The notes under the pieces were generated by a model. That model saw nothing but the letters and a program-made list of their open reading frames with translations, was not told where the DNA came from and searched no databases. A stretch of DNA of 64,000 nt from the human T2T-CHM13v2.0 reference genome, Homo sapiens: assembly GCF_009914755.1 (NCBI RefSeq), contig NC_060934.1, one strand, 5' to 3'. The position numbers and the translations under genes were made by a program. The number at the start of each line of letters is the position of its first letter. The stretch's first letter is position 1. Positions 37,060 to 61,026 of this stretch are shown piece by piece.

Positions 37060-37112
37060 GCACACACACATACACACACACACTCACACACACACACACA
37101 CACACACACACG
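37060..37112. repeat. (CA)n microsatellite
   Basis: Read directly. Confidence 0.95.
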
Positions 37113-37929
37113 ATTAAGTTCCAACCGTGGTTTGCATTGGATTGAAGGTGCTCACCATCCCAATGGCATTTTTCCTGTAATTCCAGCATGCACTTTCTGA
37201 AGCTTTTTTTTTTTTTTTTTTTTTTTTTGAGACAGAGGTTTCACTATGTTGTCCAGGCTGATTTCTGACTTCTGGGCTCTCAAGTGATCCTCCCTCCTTA
37301 GCCTCCTAAGTCAAGCCTTCACAAACAAACTGCGGTAGCCAGTGTGGGGAAGAAGAGGATGAGCGGTTTAGCCCCTTTCTTCCCCTGCTGGTCTCACTTT
37401 TGGTTCAAGGATGTTTACATCAGGCAAGAAGCAAGAGCCCCGGATGTCTTCTGGTAACACAAGATTTCAGAGGGATTACTGGCTTTGGAGTTCAATATTT
37501 TCATTCTACCCAGAAACTAAAATATTGGTAAGCTGTGAATACATTTTAGAGCCTCTCATCACCAGAATTTATGTAACAAGACTATTCTAGGCCAGTTGAG
37601 GCAGACAAGGTATAGTAAAATGAATAAGTGGCCAACTTAAAGTCAAGAGACCTGGGTACTAATCTGACCAAACAGCAACCAGCTGTGTGGACACACCAGA
37701 TGTGTCCTCAAACACATCGTAGCCTCAAGGGACAGGGCAAGGAGAGGTCCACCTACACTCCGAGCAAGTGGTATTCAATAGCAATAAACAAAAAAGCATC
37801 TGGCATCGTGCCCAGCACATGTAGGCACACAAAAAATTACTGGAATTTTAATTACTCTTACTCCCCCTACAATGATGTTTTAATAAATGATAAACTTTAT
37901 GGTACAGCCAGTCAAAAGTGGATTTCTTT

Positions 37930-38570
37930 TCAATTATAGGAAATTGGCAGGGTTAGTAACACTGATGTTCACATTGTTACTACACTGTGAAGGAGGGAAA
38001 GTAAATTGTTACAACCTCTCTAGAAGGAAGAGAAGCAGATGTGTTAATATATGTATTTGACAACACATGTAAGAGTCTTCAAAATGTTTATACCTCTTGG
38101 ACTAGTGAATAATTCTATAATTGGTAATTTGTGCCAAAAGAAAAACAATAAATGATGCGAACATTTACGTGTACAATTAAACATAACACTTCCTTTTATC
38201 AGGGTTATTTACAGTAGCTAAAAATGCCCGCTAAGAGAATGACTAAGGTATAACATATTCTCCTGATAGAATATTTAACAGTTATAAAAAACTGTGAAGA
38301 ATCTTTGGAACTTGGTGGAAAAAACTAGTGCAAAGAGAAAGATGAAAGAATCTTAGACGAAGCTCTCGTTGAAAAATCAGGATACAAATATAGAGAAAAT
38401 TTTCAGTGTGGAGGAAGAGGAGAATACGGTATGTTTATACCTAGAAAGCTAGCAGTTAATTACACCTAAATATTACTAGACTATATCTCTAGATAATAGG
38501 ATAATGGGTTCTTTTTTCTTCATTACATTTTCCTGTTTTGCAAACTTCTGCAATGTATGTGCTTTTAAAT
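37930..38570 (+). mobile_element. Highly diverged L1ME-like 3' fragment
   Basis: AT-rich with GTAAATTGTTACAACCTCTCTAGAAGG and related decayed L1 3' motifs. Confidence 0.45.
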
Positions 38571-39497
38571 CAGGGAGAAAAATCACTAATTAGAGACTAG
38601 TTGAAATCTCTACTGGGTTTAATGCCACAAAAATACATAAGGCTTCATTTCTGTTGCAGTTTTGTGTTTTGTTTTTTAGAGACAGGGACTTGTTCTGTCG
38701 CCCAGGCTGGAGTGTGGTGCTGCGATCATAGCTCACTGCAGCCTTGAACTCCTGAGCTCAGGCAGTCCCCCTACCTCAGTCTCCTGAGTAGCTAGGGCTA
38801 CAGGAGTGCACCACCATACCCTGCTACTTATGTATGTACGTACGTATGTATTTATTTATTCATTAATTTTTTTATTTTTAATTTTATTTATTTATTTATT
38901 TATTTATTTGAGATGGAGTCTCGCTCCGTCCCCCAGGCTGGAGTGCAGTGGCGCGATCTCGGCTCATGGTAACCTCTGCCTCCCAGGTTCAAGCGGTTCT
39001 CCTACCTTAGCCTCCTGAGTAGCTGGGATTACAGGTGTGTGCCACCACATCCGGCTAATTTTCGTATTTTTAGTAGAGACGGGGTTTCACCATGTTGGCG
39101 AGGCTGGTCTCAAAATCCTGACCTCGTGATCCACCTGCCTCGGCCTCCCAAAGTGCTGGGATTACAGGTGTAAGCCAATGTGCCCAGCCGTCATTCATTT
39201 ATTTTTGTAGAGCTGGGGTCTTGTTATGCTGCCCAGGATGGTCACAAACTCCTGACCTCCTACCTTGGCCTCCCAAAGTGCTGGGATTACAGGTGGGAGC
39301 TACAGCATCTGGTCCCTACCCACCTCCCCTCCCCGCCCCCACTTTTTTTAAGAGTCAGGGTCTCACCGGGCATGGTTTCTCACGCCCGTAATCCCAGCAC
39401 TTTGGGAGGCTGAGGGGGGCAGATCACGAGGTCAGGAGATCAACATCATCCTGGCCAACATAGTGAATCTCCGTTTCTACTAAAAATACAAAAATCA

Positions 39498-39713
<216 letters not shown>

Positions 39714-40396
39714 TCACTGCTACCCACTCCTGGGTAAGCCTTCATTTTTACATTAGTTTTGCTTTCTTAAAACTCTTAATTTCCCATTGAAGGAGCAAGC
39801 AGACACTGGCTGCGTTTCCCATCTTTGATCTCTCTTGCACTTCAAGTCCCACATTCCTGGCATATCACAGCTGGAGGGATCCTTGGAGATCAGCATATTA
39901 TGCTGCAGATCAGGAAACTGAGGCTCAGACAGCCGCTGAACTTGTGTTTAGCTATGATGTGATACTAGGTTTCCCGACTCCTGGGCAGGCAGTTTTCCTG
40001 GTACAGCACTCTTTATCTGGTTTGTTTGTTTGTTTGTTTGTTTGTTTGTTTGAGACAGAGTCTCGTAATGTCACCCAGGCTGGAATGCAATGATGCAGTC
40101 ACAGCTTACTGCAGCCTCCACCTCCCAGGCTCAAGCAATCCTCTCCTCCCACCTCAGCCCTCTTCAGTAGCTGGGACCACAGGTGTGCACTACCACGCCT
40201 AGCTAATTTTATTTATTTATTTATTTATTTATTGCAGAGATGGGGGTCTGTCTCCCTTTGTTGCCCAGGCTCAACTGGAATTTCTGGGTTCAAGTGATCC
40301 TCCCTCCTTAGCCTTCTAAGTAGCTGGGACTACAGGCACATGCCACTATGCATGGCTAATTTTTTTAAGTTTTTTATTATTATTATTTTTTTTTGA

Positions 40397-40630
<234 letters not shown>

Positions 40631-40664
40631 TAGGCCTCCCAAAGGGTTGGGATTATAGGCTTGA

Positions 40665-40967
<303 letters not shown>

Positions 40968-41027
40968 TGATCTGCCCACCTCGGCCTCCCAGAGGGCTGG
41001 GATTACGTAAGCCACTGCACCTGGCAA

Positions 41028-41210
41028 AAGTAAATTTTATTTTTAGAGCAATTTTAGGTTCACAGCAAAATTGAACAGAAAGTAGAGTTCCACATGCCTC
41101 CTGCCCCAGACACGCATAGCCTCTTATAGCATATGACCTCCCACACCAGAGAGGTACCTTTGTGCAATCAAGGAACCTACAATGACACATCGTTATCATC
41201 CAGAGTTCAT
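41028..41210 (-). mobile_element. L1MC-type 3' end fragment
   Basis: TTTTTAGAGCAATTTTAGGTTCACAGCAAAATTGAACAGAAAGTA is a recognisable L1MC 3' terminus. Confidence 0.7.
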
Positions 41211-41254
41211 ATCAAATACCCTTTTCCCATCTCAGGACTCCCACCTTTTTTGGA

Positions 41255-41816
<562 letters not shown>

Positions 41817-41819
41817 TCA

Positions 41820-41920
41820 AAAAAAAAAAAAGAAAGAAAAGAAAGAAGGAAGGAAGGAAGGGAGGAAGGGAGGAAGGGAGGAAGGAAGGAAGGAAGGGAG
41901 GAAAGAAAGAAAAGAAAAAG
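41820..41920 (+). repeat. (GGAA/GGGA/GAAA)n polypurine tract from an Alu tail
   Basis: Read directly. Confidence 0.92.
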
Positions 41921-42349
41921 GAGACAACAATGGGAGAGAGATTTCAGCCAATCAGAAAGGAGATGGAGAAGCAGAAACACTTAACAAGAGGAAGGAGCTA
42001 CAACCTAAATGCAGGCAGGGCGTGCCAGTTAGAACAAGCCAATTCACCCTGCAGAGCCTCAGAGGAGCTCCTGACCCAAAGGCACAGACCACAGAGAAGA
42101 GGACAGGCAAGGACTGAAAAGGGGAGATTGATAGAAGTCTATATAAGGAGACTTCAGTTCCCCTGCCACCTACCTTAGGAAATAATGATCTTGGGAAATA
42201 GTGAAGTACAGAAGCTCTGGACTTATGAACTACTGGCTGAGCTAAAGGTGCAGATGAGCTGTGGGCATCAAAGAGAGTGTTAAGCCTAGATCTGTACACA
42301 GGATTGGGAGGCCCTTCTTCCTCAGCCCCTTCCCCAGCAGCCAGATGTA

Positions 42350-43235
42350 CTAGAAAAATTTACTCTCTCCAAAACAAAAAACAAAACAAAACAATGGAAA
42401 TTAACATTTAACGTTCTCCAGAGTTAGCACTGGCCAACTACACAGACATACACAATCCACATGCCTCTTTCACACACACAGTTCCAAAGAGCTTTGGATA
42501 CCTCCTTCTCAAGGATGAGGACTATGCAAAGACCACAGACATTTAAGGAACGTCTCTAATGAGAGAGACAGAGAGAAATAGAAAATAGGAATTCAGGCGA
42601 AAGACAAGAGAGAATAGGCATGAATCTTTTAAAATACTATAACTAGCTCAGAGAGGGAGAGAGAGAAGCTATTTCATCCATTCATAAAAGAAGAAAGATT
42701 GGAATATAAAAATGAAGTAGAAACAAAACATTTCAATAAAGGAGTTTGAAGATAAAGGTGAAGAAATCTCCTGAAGATTAGAGCAGATGAAGAAATGTAC
42801 AACAGGAGAGAAAGAAAGAAAGATTGGAGAATCAATCCAAGTAATAGGAGTTCCAGAAAGACATTACAGAGAAAATGTTAGAGAGAAAATTAAAGATATA
42901 ATTCAAGAAAATTGCCCAGACTGAGATGGGCATGGTGGTGTGACCTGTAGTCCCAGCTACTCAGGAGGCTGGGGCAGCTGGACTGCTTAAGCTCAGGAGT
43001 TTGAGGCTGTAGTGTGCTGTGATCTCACCTATGAATAGTCATAGCACTCCAGCCTGGGCAACATATCAAGACTCCATCTCTTAAAAAAAAAAAAAAAGAA
43101 TGAATGAAAATTTCCCACACTGAAGAAAATTCATCTCCAAAAGCAAAGAGTCCATAACGGGCACAATGTGAGACCTACAACAAGGTACACCTGCATAAAA
43201 TTTCAAAACAAAGACAATTTCCAAAAAAAAACTCA
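42350..43235 (+). mobile_element. Ancient L1 ORF1/HAL1-like fragment (continues at ~45735-46820)
   Basis: Purine-rich degenerate ORF1-like sequence (GAAGATAAAGGTGAAGAAATCTCC, TAATAGGAGTTCCAGAAAGA, CAAGAAAATTGCCCAGA). Confidence 0.6.
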
Positions 43236-43239
43236 GAAA

Positions 43240-45730
<2,491 letters not shown>

Positions 45731-46327
45731 ATTTACAAAGAGCAAAAACAGGTCACATACAAAGGATCAGAAATCAAAATGTCACTGGACTTTCTGGAAA
45801 GCTAGAAAGCTTGAGGGATATCCTGAAAAAAAAAAAAAAAAAAAGGATCAGGTGCAGTGTAATTTCAGCACAGGTGGGTGGCTTGAGCCCAGGAGTTCGA
45901 GACCAGCCTAGGCAACACAGTGAGACCCTGTCTCTCCAAAACAAAAATACAAACATTAGCTCTGCGTGGTGGTGCATACCTGCAGTCCCGGCTCCTGGGG
46001 CGGGGGCTGAGGGCTGAGGTGGGAGGATTGCTTGAGCCCAGAAGGTTGAGGCTGCAGTGAGCCGAGATCATGCCACCGCATTCCAGCCTGGGTGACAAAG
46101 GAAGACCTCATCTGAAAAAATAAAAGGAGTAAATGCAAAAAGAGAGGGCAGCACAGGCTCCAGAGAACAAGGGCCCAACCTGGGAGAGCAGCAGAGTCCT
46201 GATCAGGGTAACAGGAGTGCAGTGGGACTATGGCAGCAGGTGCTGGGGGAAGCACGAGAGAAGCCTCTAGAAGCCTCCTTTGATGACCTTGAATTTGAGA
46301 AACTGTATTGAAAACCATTTGATTCTA

Positions 46328-46498
<171 letters not shown>

Positions 46499-46781
46499 TC
46501 AGGAGGCTGAAGCAGGAAAATTGCTTGAATCTGGGAGGCGGAGGTTGCAGTGAGCCAAGATCATGCCACTGTACTCCAGCCTGGGCGACAGAGCAAGACT
46601 CTCAAAAAAAAAAAAAGAAGAAGAAGAAAGGATGGAAGGAAGGAAGGAAGGAAGGAATGAACAAAAGAAAGAAAGAAAGAAAAAGAGAGAAAAGAAGAAT
46701 CAGTAGTATATGCATATTGTTCAGATAGATGGAGGCAAATACTAGAAGAACAGCTGAGAATGAAAGATGAGTAGCTTTTGA

Positions 46782-46973
<192 letters not shown>

Positions 46974-47323
46974 TAGCTGCGATTACAGGTATGCACCACC
47001 ACTCCCGGCTAATTTTTTTGTATTGTTAGTAGAGACGGGAGGTTTCACCATGTTGGCCAGGCTGGTCTCGAACTCTTGACCTTCGTGATCCGCCCACCTC
47101 GGCCTCCCAAAGTGTTAGGATTACAGGCGGGAGTCACCACACCCGGCTGGGAGTGCTGTTTTTCATAAGACTTTTAGTACACTTTGGCTTTTTAGACTAT
47201 TATACAGATATATTATTTTAATGAAAATAAAAATTAATTTAAAAAAGTTCTAGTAGTCACCACTTGCCTAGTCCATAACAAAAGAGAGGACTTGGTGGTA
47301 TCACCAATAATAGTAACAGCTAA

Positions 47324-47554
<231 letters not shown>

Positions 47555-47989
47555 TAGAGATGTGGTTCTTGTTTTGTTGCCCAGGCTGGTCTCAAACTCC
47601 TGGCTTCAAGTAATCCTCCTGCCTCAGCCCCACAAAATGTTGGGATTGCAGGCGTGAGCCACCATGCCTGGCCCCAAGTACTATTTTAGATACTGTTCTT
47701 ATTAAACAACCCCTTGGAGGGGCCTTAATCACTACCCCAGGTTGCCTCTAATGGCAGGCAGAACACCAATTGTAAGTGAAATTACAGTTCTTCATGGATT
47801 GAAAAGTACCACTTACAGATATATTCTTTGGATCATCACTAAACCTTGTGATATAGGAATTTATAGCTGGAGAAACTGAGTCTCAGATTTGGAGAAATGC
47901 TCAACAGCAGAGGTGAAAGTGAAAAGCAAGAATTCAGGTCTCTGGGCTCCTGGTGCCAAATCTTTACATAACTGCACCCAAATCCATGA

Positions 47990-48181
<192 letters not shown>

Positions 48182-49469
48182 TAGTAGAGACGGTGTTTCA
48201 CCGTGTTAGCCAGGATGGTCTCGATCTCCTGACCTCGCGATCCACCCGCCTCGGCCTCCCAAAGTGCTGGGATTACAGGCGTGAGCCACCGTGCCCAGTC
48301 AAAGATATTTTTTAAAAATCAGTTTCAGGTGTTTGCTTTGTAAATTGCTCCCTCCTGCTATTTTTTTTTTTTTTCAGACAGAGTCTCTGGAGTGCAGTGG
48401 TGTGATTTCGACTCACTACAACCTCTGATTTCCGGGTTCAAGCAATTCTCCTGCCTCAGCCTCCTGAGTAGCTGGTATTATAGGCACGTGACACCACACC
48501 CAGCTGATTTTTGTATTTTTAGTAGAGACGGGGTCTCACCATGTTGGCCAGGCTGGCCTCAAACTCCTGACCTCAAGTGATGCACCTGCTTTGGCCTCCA
48601 AAAGTGCTGGGATTACAGGCATGAGCCACTCTCTCATGTTATTTTTAAATGTTAAGGAAAAAGGAGTTTACGATTTCCAAGAATCTTCACCCAGTTCTTC
48701 TTTCAAATCTAGATACAGGCCGGGTGAGGTGGCTCACGCCTGTAATCCCAGCACTTTGGGAGGCCAAGATGGATGGATCACCTGAGGTCAGGAGTTTGAG
48801 ACCAGGCTGGCCAACATGGTGAAACTCTGTCTCTGCTAAAAATACAAAAATTAGCTGGGTGTGGTGGCTCGCATCTGTAATCCCAGCTACTCAGGAGGCT
48901 GAGGCAGGAGAATCACTTGAACCGGAGGGGCGGAGGTTGCAGTGAGCCCATATCAGGCCACTGCACTCCAGCAGGGGTGACAGAGTGAGACGCTGTCTCA
49001 AAAAAAAAAAAAAAAAAAAAAAACAAACTTCAAATCTAGATATAAAAATGTCCTCTGAAAAGCAAAACAGTGTACATGTGCACACACACTCCACAGACAC
49101 CCACACATGTAAGGTGTTAGTGTAACATGTTAACACTGTTCTGGGGTGAGTGGGTTGTTTGTTTTAAATAATCACACTGAAACACACACCTCCCAAGAGT
49201 GTCGTCCTATTCAGTGTAATCACTCACACTCCACTGAGTCAACTGAGCAGCTACCACTGCTCAGGACTTCTCCCAAGCTTCTTTGGAATGTCACTCACAT
49301 TCTCTCGGACATTTCTAGAACAATATTTTGTGGACCTAATTGGTTTTTGGAAACTGCCAAAAACCATTGGTGAAAATTGGCAGAATAAGGTGGGTGATAA
49401 CTGTTGTGAAATGCTGGGAAACAGGGAGGGGTGTATGAGACAGAGTTATAAAATAGTTGGGCCAATTTA

Positions 49470-49583
<114 letters not shown>

Positions 49584-49698
49584 TCACTTGAGACCAGGAG
49601 CTCAGACTCACCTGATCAACATGGCGAAACTCCAACTCTACTAAAAATACAAAAATTAGCTGGGCATGGTGGCTCACGCCTATAGTCCCAGCTACTCA

Positions 49699-49821
<123 letters not shown>

Positions 49822-50349
49822 TCAGCACTTGGCAAGAGGATTACAGATGACTAGCTTTTAGGGCAAACAGACATTTCCCATTTTGGATATGTGTCTAGCA
49901 TGATTAAAGGAGGCTCACTTTATAAAAGCAGTAGTTACATTACTAAAGTTTATGGCCACCATATATACACCTACGAATGTTCCTTACTATTAATAAAAAT
50001 AATAGAAATTGTGTGAACTATTATAATAAGCCCCACAAGACAGAATTCAATTCAAAAAAATTGTTTTAACTATGTTTTTAACCTAAGCCTATTCACTTAC
50101 ATTTCTCTGATGTTGAAAAATATAAAAGTCTTTAGTGGTTTTTATCAAAAGTCTTCTGGTTATTCATCTATACTTATAAACAAATCTCAAACACTTTCAA
50201 TGCTTTTTAAAATCATAAAACCCAACTGAGAAATAGTTAGAAAGTAATCTTCAAAAGATACATCACTTATCAAACATTCTTATTTATGATTTCCAAATAC
50301 ATTTTATCAGCCATCAAATTTCAGCTAAAGGCTATTTTCCACCTGTTTA

Positions 50350-50562
<213 letters not shown>

Positions 50563-51037
50563 TTAAAAAAAATAAAATAAAATTCAGGGTCTGAATATTA
50601 TGTTGTTCTTGCTCAACTTTTAACCAGCTGGAAACTTTCCAGAATCACTAATTCCTAGATATACACTGCTCATGTTCTCAGGAAATGTATTTTGGCTCAC
50701 AAGTTTGATATTTTTATCAGGTATTAAAGGAACATTATATGTGTTATTATTAGTGACACAGATAATTTTACACCCTAATGAGAAAAGCTGAAATCATATA
50801 TAAAGCCATAAATCAGATTTTGAAGATATTTAGGAGAGGAAATATATATGTGTGCATGTATGTATGTCTATACACATGTGCATATACATATATGTACACA
50901 TATACACACATACACATGTGTGTTTATCTATACATATTTAAAGGGATTTGTAAACAAGCTGAAAAGCGGTGAGAGTCACTGGCACAGCAGCTATGTGAGC
51001 ACACTTTAGAGACAGCCTGCATGGCTTACCTCTGTCA

Positions 51038-51348
<311 letters not shown>

Positions 51349-51384
51349 CTAAAAACTAATTCCGTAGAGATCTGGCAATTGTCA

Positions 51385-51792
<408 letters not shown>

Positions 51793-52290
51793 TTATCAGG
51801 ATCATTAGATGATCCCTATTGATAAAGACAGAATCCATTAACAGTACTTAGCTTTACATGCCTCCAGTCATAAATACCAAAATACTTTCTTTAATAACTA
51901 TAAGTCCCATATATTTACATAATAGGTTATAGAGTGCCATTTTGGGTCCAGTCCATGTTTTGAAGGGATTTATAAATACAGGTAAAACGTGCTGCCAGAC
52001 ATTATTTACAACCTAAAACAATCTTTCCAGCTGGGCCTAGTCTGTTCTCAGCCACCAGTACCCTCAACCTTTTTTAGTCAGAGTCACTAGAAAGTTTTTT
52101 CACCCTGAACGTAAACAGCAGTCAATTCTCCAAGTGCTCACATAACATCCTTGACTTTACAGGCGAGATGACATTATGGCAACTGAAGACTGAAGATTGG
52201 TGTTGGCTACACTTCGCAGGCACCTGGCAGCTAATAATATTGTTGAGGTTGCTGATCCACTTTATTCCTTCATGTCCATTATTTTTATGA

Positions 52291-54521
<2,231 letters not shown>

Positions 54522-54524
54522 TAG

Positions 54525-54695
<171 letters not shown>

Positions 54696-55364
54696 TAATA
54701 TTTGTATTTTTAGTAGAAACAGGGTTTCACCATGTTGGCCAGGCTGGTCTCGAACTCCTGTCCTCAGGTGATCTGCCAGCCTTGGCCTCCCAAAGTGCTG
54801 GGACTACAGGTGTGAGCCACAGCACCTGGCTTATCTCGGCCTCTTAAACTGTTAGGATTACACGAGTGAGCCATGGCTCCCAGCCACAATTCAAATTTTG
54901 GAAAACCAATTATCTGCCCTAATTATTACGCTCCAGCCAAACTACCCAATTTTTTTTTTCTTTTTGCATTCCTTCCCCACAAGTTACTCTGTGTCAAGTT
55001 TCTAATGTTGAGTTTCATCATTTCACTGACAACAGGCTTCTAAAACCCAGGAATACTTAAGATCTATTGGTATTTCTTTGGGTCAAATTGGTAGAGCTAA
55101 AGTACATTGAAGTCATTCAAATACATTCAAACTACACAGATTCCTTATAAATTACTGGTATCAAGAAAGGAAAAGATTCAAGAAGACATTACAGAATTCA
55201 TCATATGTTATCAGAATTACTGATGTAGTCTATCCTAGCATAGAGTAGCTTTCTCAACCTATTGCATAAAAATTACCAGCAAGAAAGAATAGTACAAAAT
55301 AAGGTTTATGGCTAAGTTGGCTCTGTATCATAATTATCCATTCTAGCATTCTTAGAAGGATCCT

Positions 55365-55680
55365 GGCTGGGCCCAGTGGCTCACACCTGTAATCCCAGCA
55401 CTTTGGGAGGCTGAGGCAGGTGGATCGCTTGAGCTCCGGAGTTCAAGACAAGGCTGGGCAACATGGTGAAACCCGGTCTCTACCAAAAATACAAAAAAAA
55501 AAAATAGCCTGACATGGTGGCATGCGCCTGTAGTCCCACCTACTCAAGAGGCTGAGGTGGAAGGATCACCTGAGCCTGGGAGGCAGAGGTTGCAGTAAGC
55601 CGAGATCATGCCACTGCACTCCAGCCTGGGCAACAGAGTGGGACCCCACTTCAAAAAAAAAAAAAAAAAAAAAGAAGAAG
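55365..55680 (+). mobile_element. Alu inserted in the last codons of the DPPA3-like retrocopy
   Basis: Full Alu dimer with imperfect TSD AGAAGGATCCT (55354-55364) / AGAAGAATCCC (55679-55689). Confidence 0.93.
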
Positions 55681-56322
55681 AAGAATCCCACCTGTGATAA
55701 AGGCAATAACTGCAGTCACATTTGAATGGCTCATTTCTTGACTCATTCTGAACTCCCTTAAGTCCAGTGTCTGTTAGTTCTTTCAAGCTGAGAAAAATTG
55801 TTGAGTAAGAGGTATCTGTATTAACATCCTTTCTTTCTGCACAGATCACAATCAATGTCCTTACTCCTCTCCTCCTGTAGGGCAAGCCATCTCTGATCTC
55901 CTGTAAGATCTGTCCTGCTGTTGGAGTGAACCGTCTGGAAGAGGGGAGGGGAATTTGGTACCGGGGTTGAGTCAAGTTACTAAGATCCTTTACCAACATT
56001 TCTGAGCAGACGGGATGACAGGCTGCTGAATCTTCCTGGGAATTTTCTTCAGTGGGCATCCGAGAAGACTCTGGGGTCAAGGTTGGGTTAAGCTTTTGGG
56101 ATGGGTCCATCAGTGGCCTAGTCACAGCTCTAAGCTCCTCTTGGATCGTTGGGTTTCTATGGGTGATTCTGGACTCTCAAAATTCTATTTTGAACACTCT
56201 ATCCTTATTCTAGTCACTAATAATCCAGCACAGAATATTCCTGATGAAAAGTCCATCAGGGCCGGGCACGATGGCTCACACCTGTAATCCCAGCACTTTA
56301 GGAGGCCGAGGCGGGCAGATCA

Positions 56323-56676
<354 letters not shown>

Positions 56677-56830
56677 TCAAAATAAAAGAAAAAAAAGAAT
56701 TAACTGTATAACAGTAAATTAACTTGAAAAGTCATTCTGGCCATTGTGTAGGAAAAAAACTAAGAAGGGCCGGGTGCGGTGGCTCACACCTGTAATCCCA
56801 GCACTTTGGTAGGCTGAGGTGGGCAGATCA

Positions 56831-58602
<1,772 letters not shown>

Positions 58603-60994
58603 TCAAGCGATTCTCCTGCCTCAGCCTCCCGAGTAGCTGGGATTACAGGTGTGCACCACCAGTCTTGGCTAATTTTTGTATTTTTAGTAGAGATGGGGTT
58701 TCACCATGACGGCCAGGCTGGTCTTGAACTCCTGACCTCAAGAGATCTGCCTGCCTTGGCCTCCCAAAGGCGTGAGCCACCATGCCTGGTTAGATGTTGG
58801 TTTAGACTAGGGTAAGAAGAACCATAAAGTGATCCATTTATGTTTTTTGTTCGTTTCCAATTTTCCATTTTGTAACCACTTTAGTAAATATAATACAATC
58901 ATCAGCAAATCTAATGTCAAAACGAAGCATTTTCTTGAAAGAGTAAATTTCAGTAAGCCTATATATAGCTGCGAATGAATGTAGGTAACTTCCAGGTATA
59001 TTAAAAATTAAAACTTTCGTATTTGACAGCACAAATAGAATCCCGGTACTAATTTAAGACCTAACCAGATTAGGAATACAAAATATACGGCCAGGTGCCG
59101 TGGCTCACACCTGTAATCCTAACACTTTGAAAGAGGCTGAGGTGGGTGGATCACTTGAGGTCAGGAGTTCAAGACCAGCCTGGCCAATATGGTGAAACCC
59201 TATCTCTACTAAAAATACAAAAATTAGCCAGGCGTGGTGTCAGGTGCCTGTAATCCCAGCTACTTGGGAGGCTGAGGCAGGAGAATCGCTTGAACCCAGG
59301 AGGCGGAGGCTGCAGTGAGCCGAGATCGCATACCACTGCAGTCCAGCCTGGGCAACAAAGGGAGACTGTGTCTAAAAAACAAACAAACAAATAGAAACAA
59401 TATATAAGCCACTCAAGAAACATTTATCCTTCATGATACAAGGGCAAACTGGCCAGGCATGGTGGCTTACACCTGTATTTCCAACACTTTGGGAGGCTGA
59501 GACACGAGGACTGCTTGAGCCCAGGAGTTCAAGACTAGCCTGGGCAACATATTGAGACTCTGTCTCTACAAAAAATAAATAAAAGCTGGGCACGATGGTG
59601 CACATTTGTAGTCCCAGCTACTTGGGAGGCTGCACTGGGAGGATTGCTTGGGCCCAGAATATCAAGGCAGTAATGAGCCATAATCACACCACTGCACTCC
59701 AGCCCCCCAAAAAGGGCAAACCAAATTCTAAATAACATACTACTTTAATTGTGCCTTCACATGGGGAACATCAAACAGTCAAATGTCAACACTCAAATTG
59801 CCTACTGTTTTCCTAGGATTGCTACAAGTCTTTTATAATTTGTCTTATTCTCACTTAAACAATTAAGAAACTTCTTTCTAATCCAACTAGTTTATCAGCA
59901 AATATGCTGAAGCACAAGCTGACTTCAGATGTCTGTGCTATATATATATATATTTTTTCCACTTCAAGAATCTCAACTGTGTCACTTCCCATGGCTAGTT
60001 CCATTTTTGTCTGTTATACTCAGATGTTGCCTGTCCAGAAACCCAGTTCTGCTGTGCTAGCAGCCCCTCTTCCTAAAACATGGCCCAGGATCACCCACAT
60101 TCTTGGAGTGATATGCAGAAGTAGTTATGGTTCCTACCTGGCACACACCCAGCACATTCCCATTAGGAGTGCATCCTAATCATCTTTGTTCTTGTTGTTT
60201 TGAGACAGGGTCTCGCTCTGTCGTCCAGGCTGGAGTGCAGTGGCACAACCAGGGCTCACTGCAGCCTTGAAATCCTGAGCTCAAACAATCTTCCCACCTC
60301 AGCCTCCCAAGTAGATGGGACCCACAGGGGCATGCCACCATGCCTGGGTTTTTTTTGTTTTGTTTTTGAGACAGGGTCTCACTACATTGTCCAGACTGGC
60401 CTTGAACTCCTGGCCTCAAGCAATCCTCCCACCTCAGTTTCCCAAAGTGCTGGATTACAAGTGTGAGCCACTGTGGCCAGCCCTGACCACTGCTGAAAGA
60501 TGCTTGGCAAACTACATTGCATAGCAGTAATGGATAACATTAACTACAAAAAAACCTAGATTTTAAAAAATCTGTACTTTTGAAAAAAAGAAAAACACCT
60601 AGTTTTTGTGAAAAATGTGTAACCATGGCTAGTAGTTTTAATCTCCCAAGCCAGGAAGAAAAAAGAAATCTAGGCCAATTAATTTAATTTTAATTACTTT
60701 TTTATTTATTTTTGAGAGGGAGTCTCGCTTTGTTACCCAGGCTGGAGTGCAGTGGTGTGATCTCAGCTCATTGAAACCTCCAACTCCAAGGTTCAGGCAA
60801 TTCTCCTGCCTCAGCCTCTAGAGTAGCTGGGACTGCAGGTATGTGCCACCATGTCCAGCTAATTTTTGTATTTTTAGTAGAGACAGGGTTTCGCCATTTT
60901 GGCCAGGCTGGTCTTGAACTCCTGGACTCAAGTGATCTGCTTGCCTTGGCCTCCCAAAGTGCTGGGATTACAGGCATGAGCCACCACACTCAGC

Positions 60995-61026
<32 letters not shown>

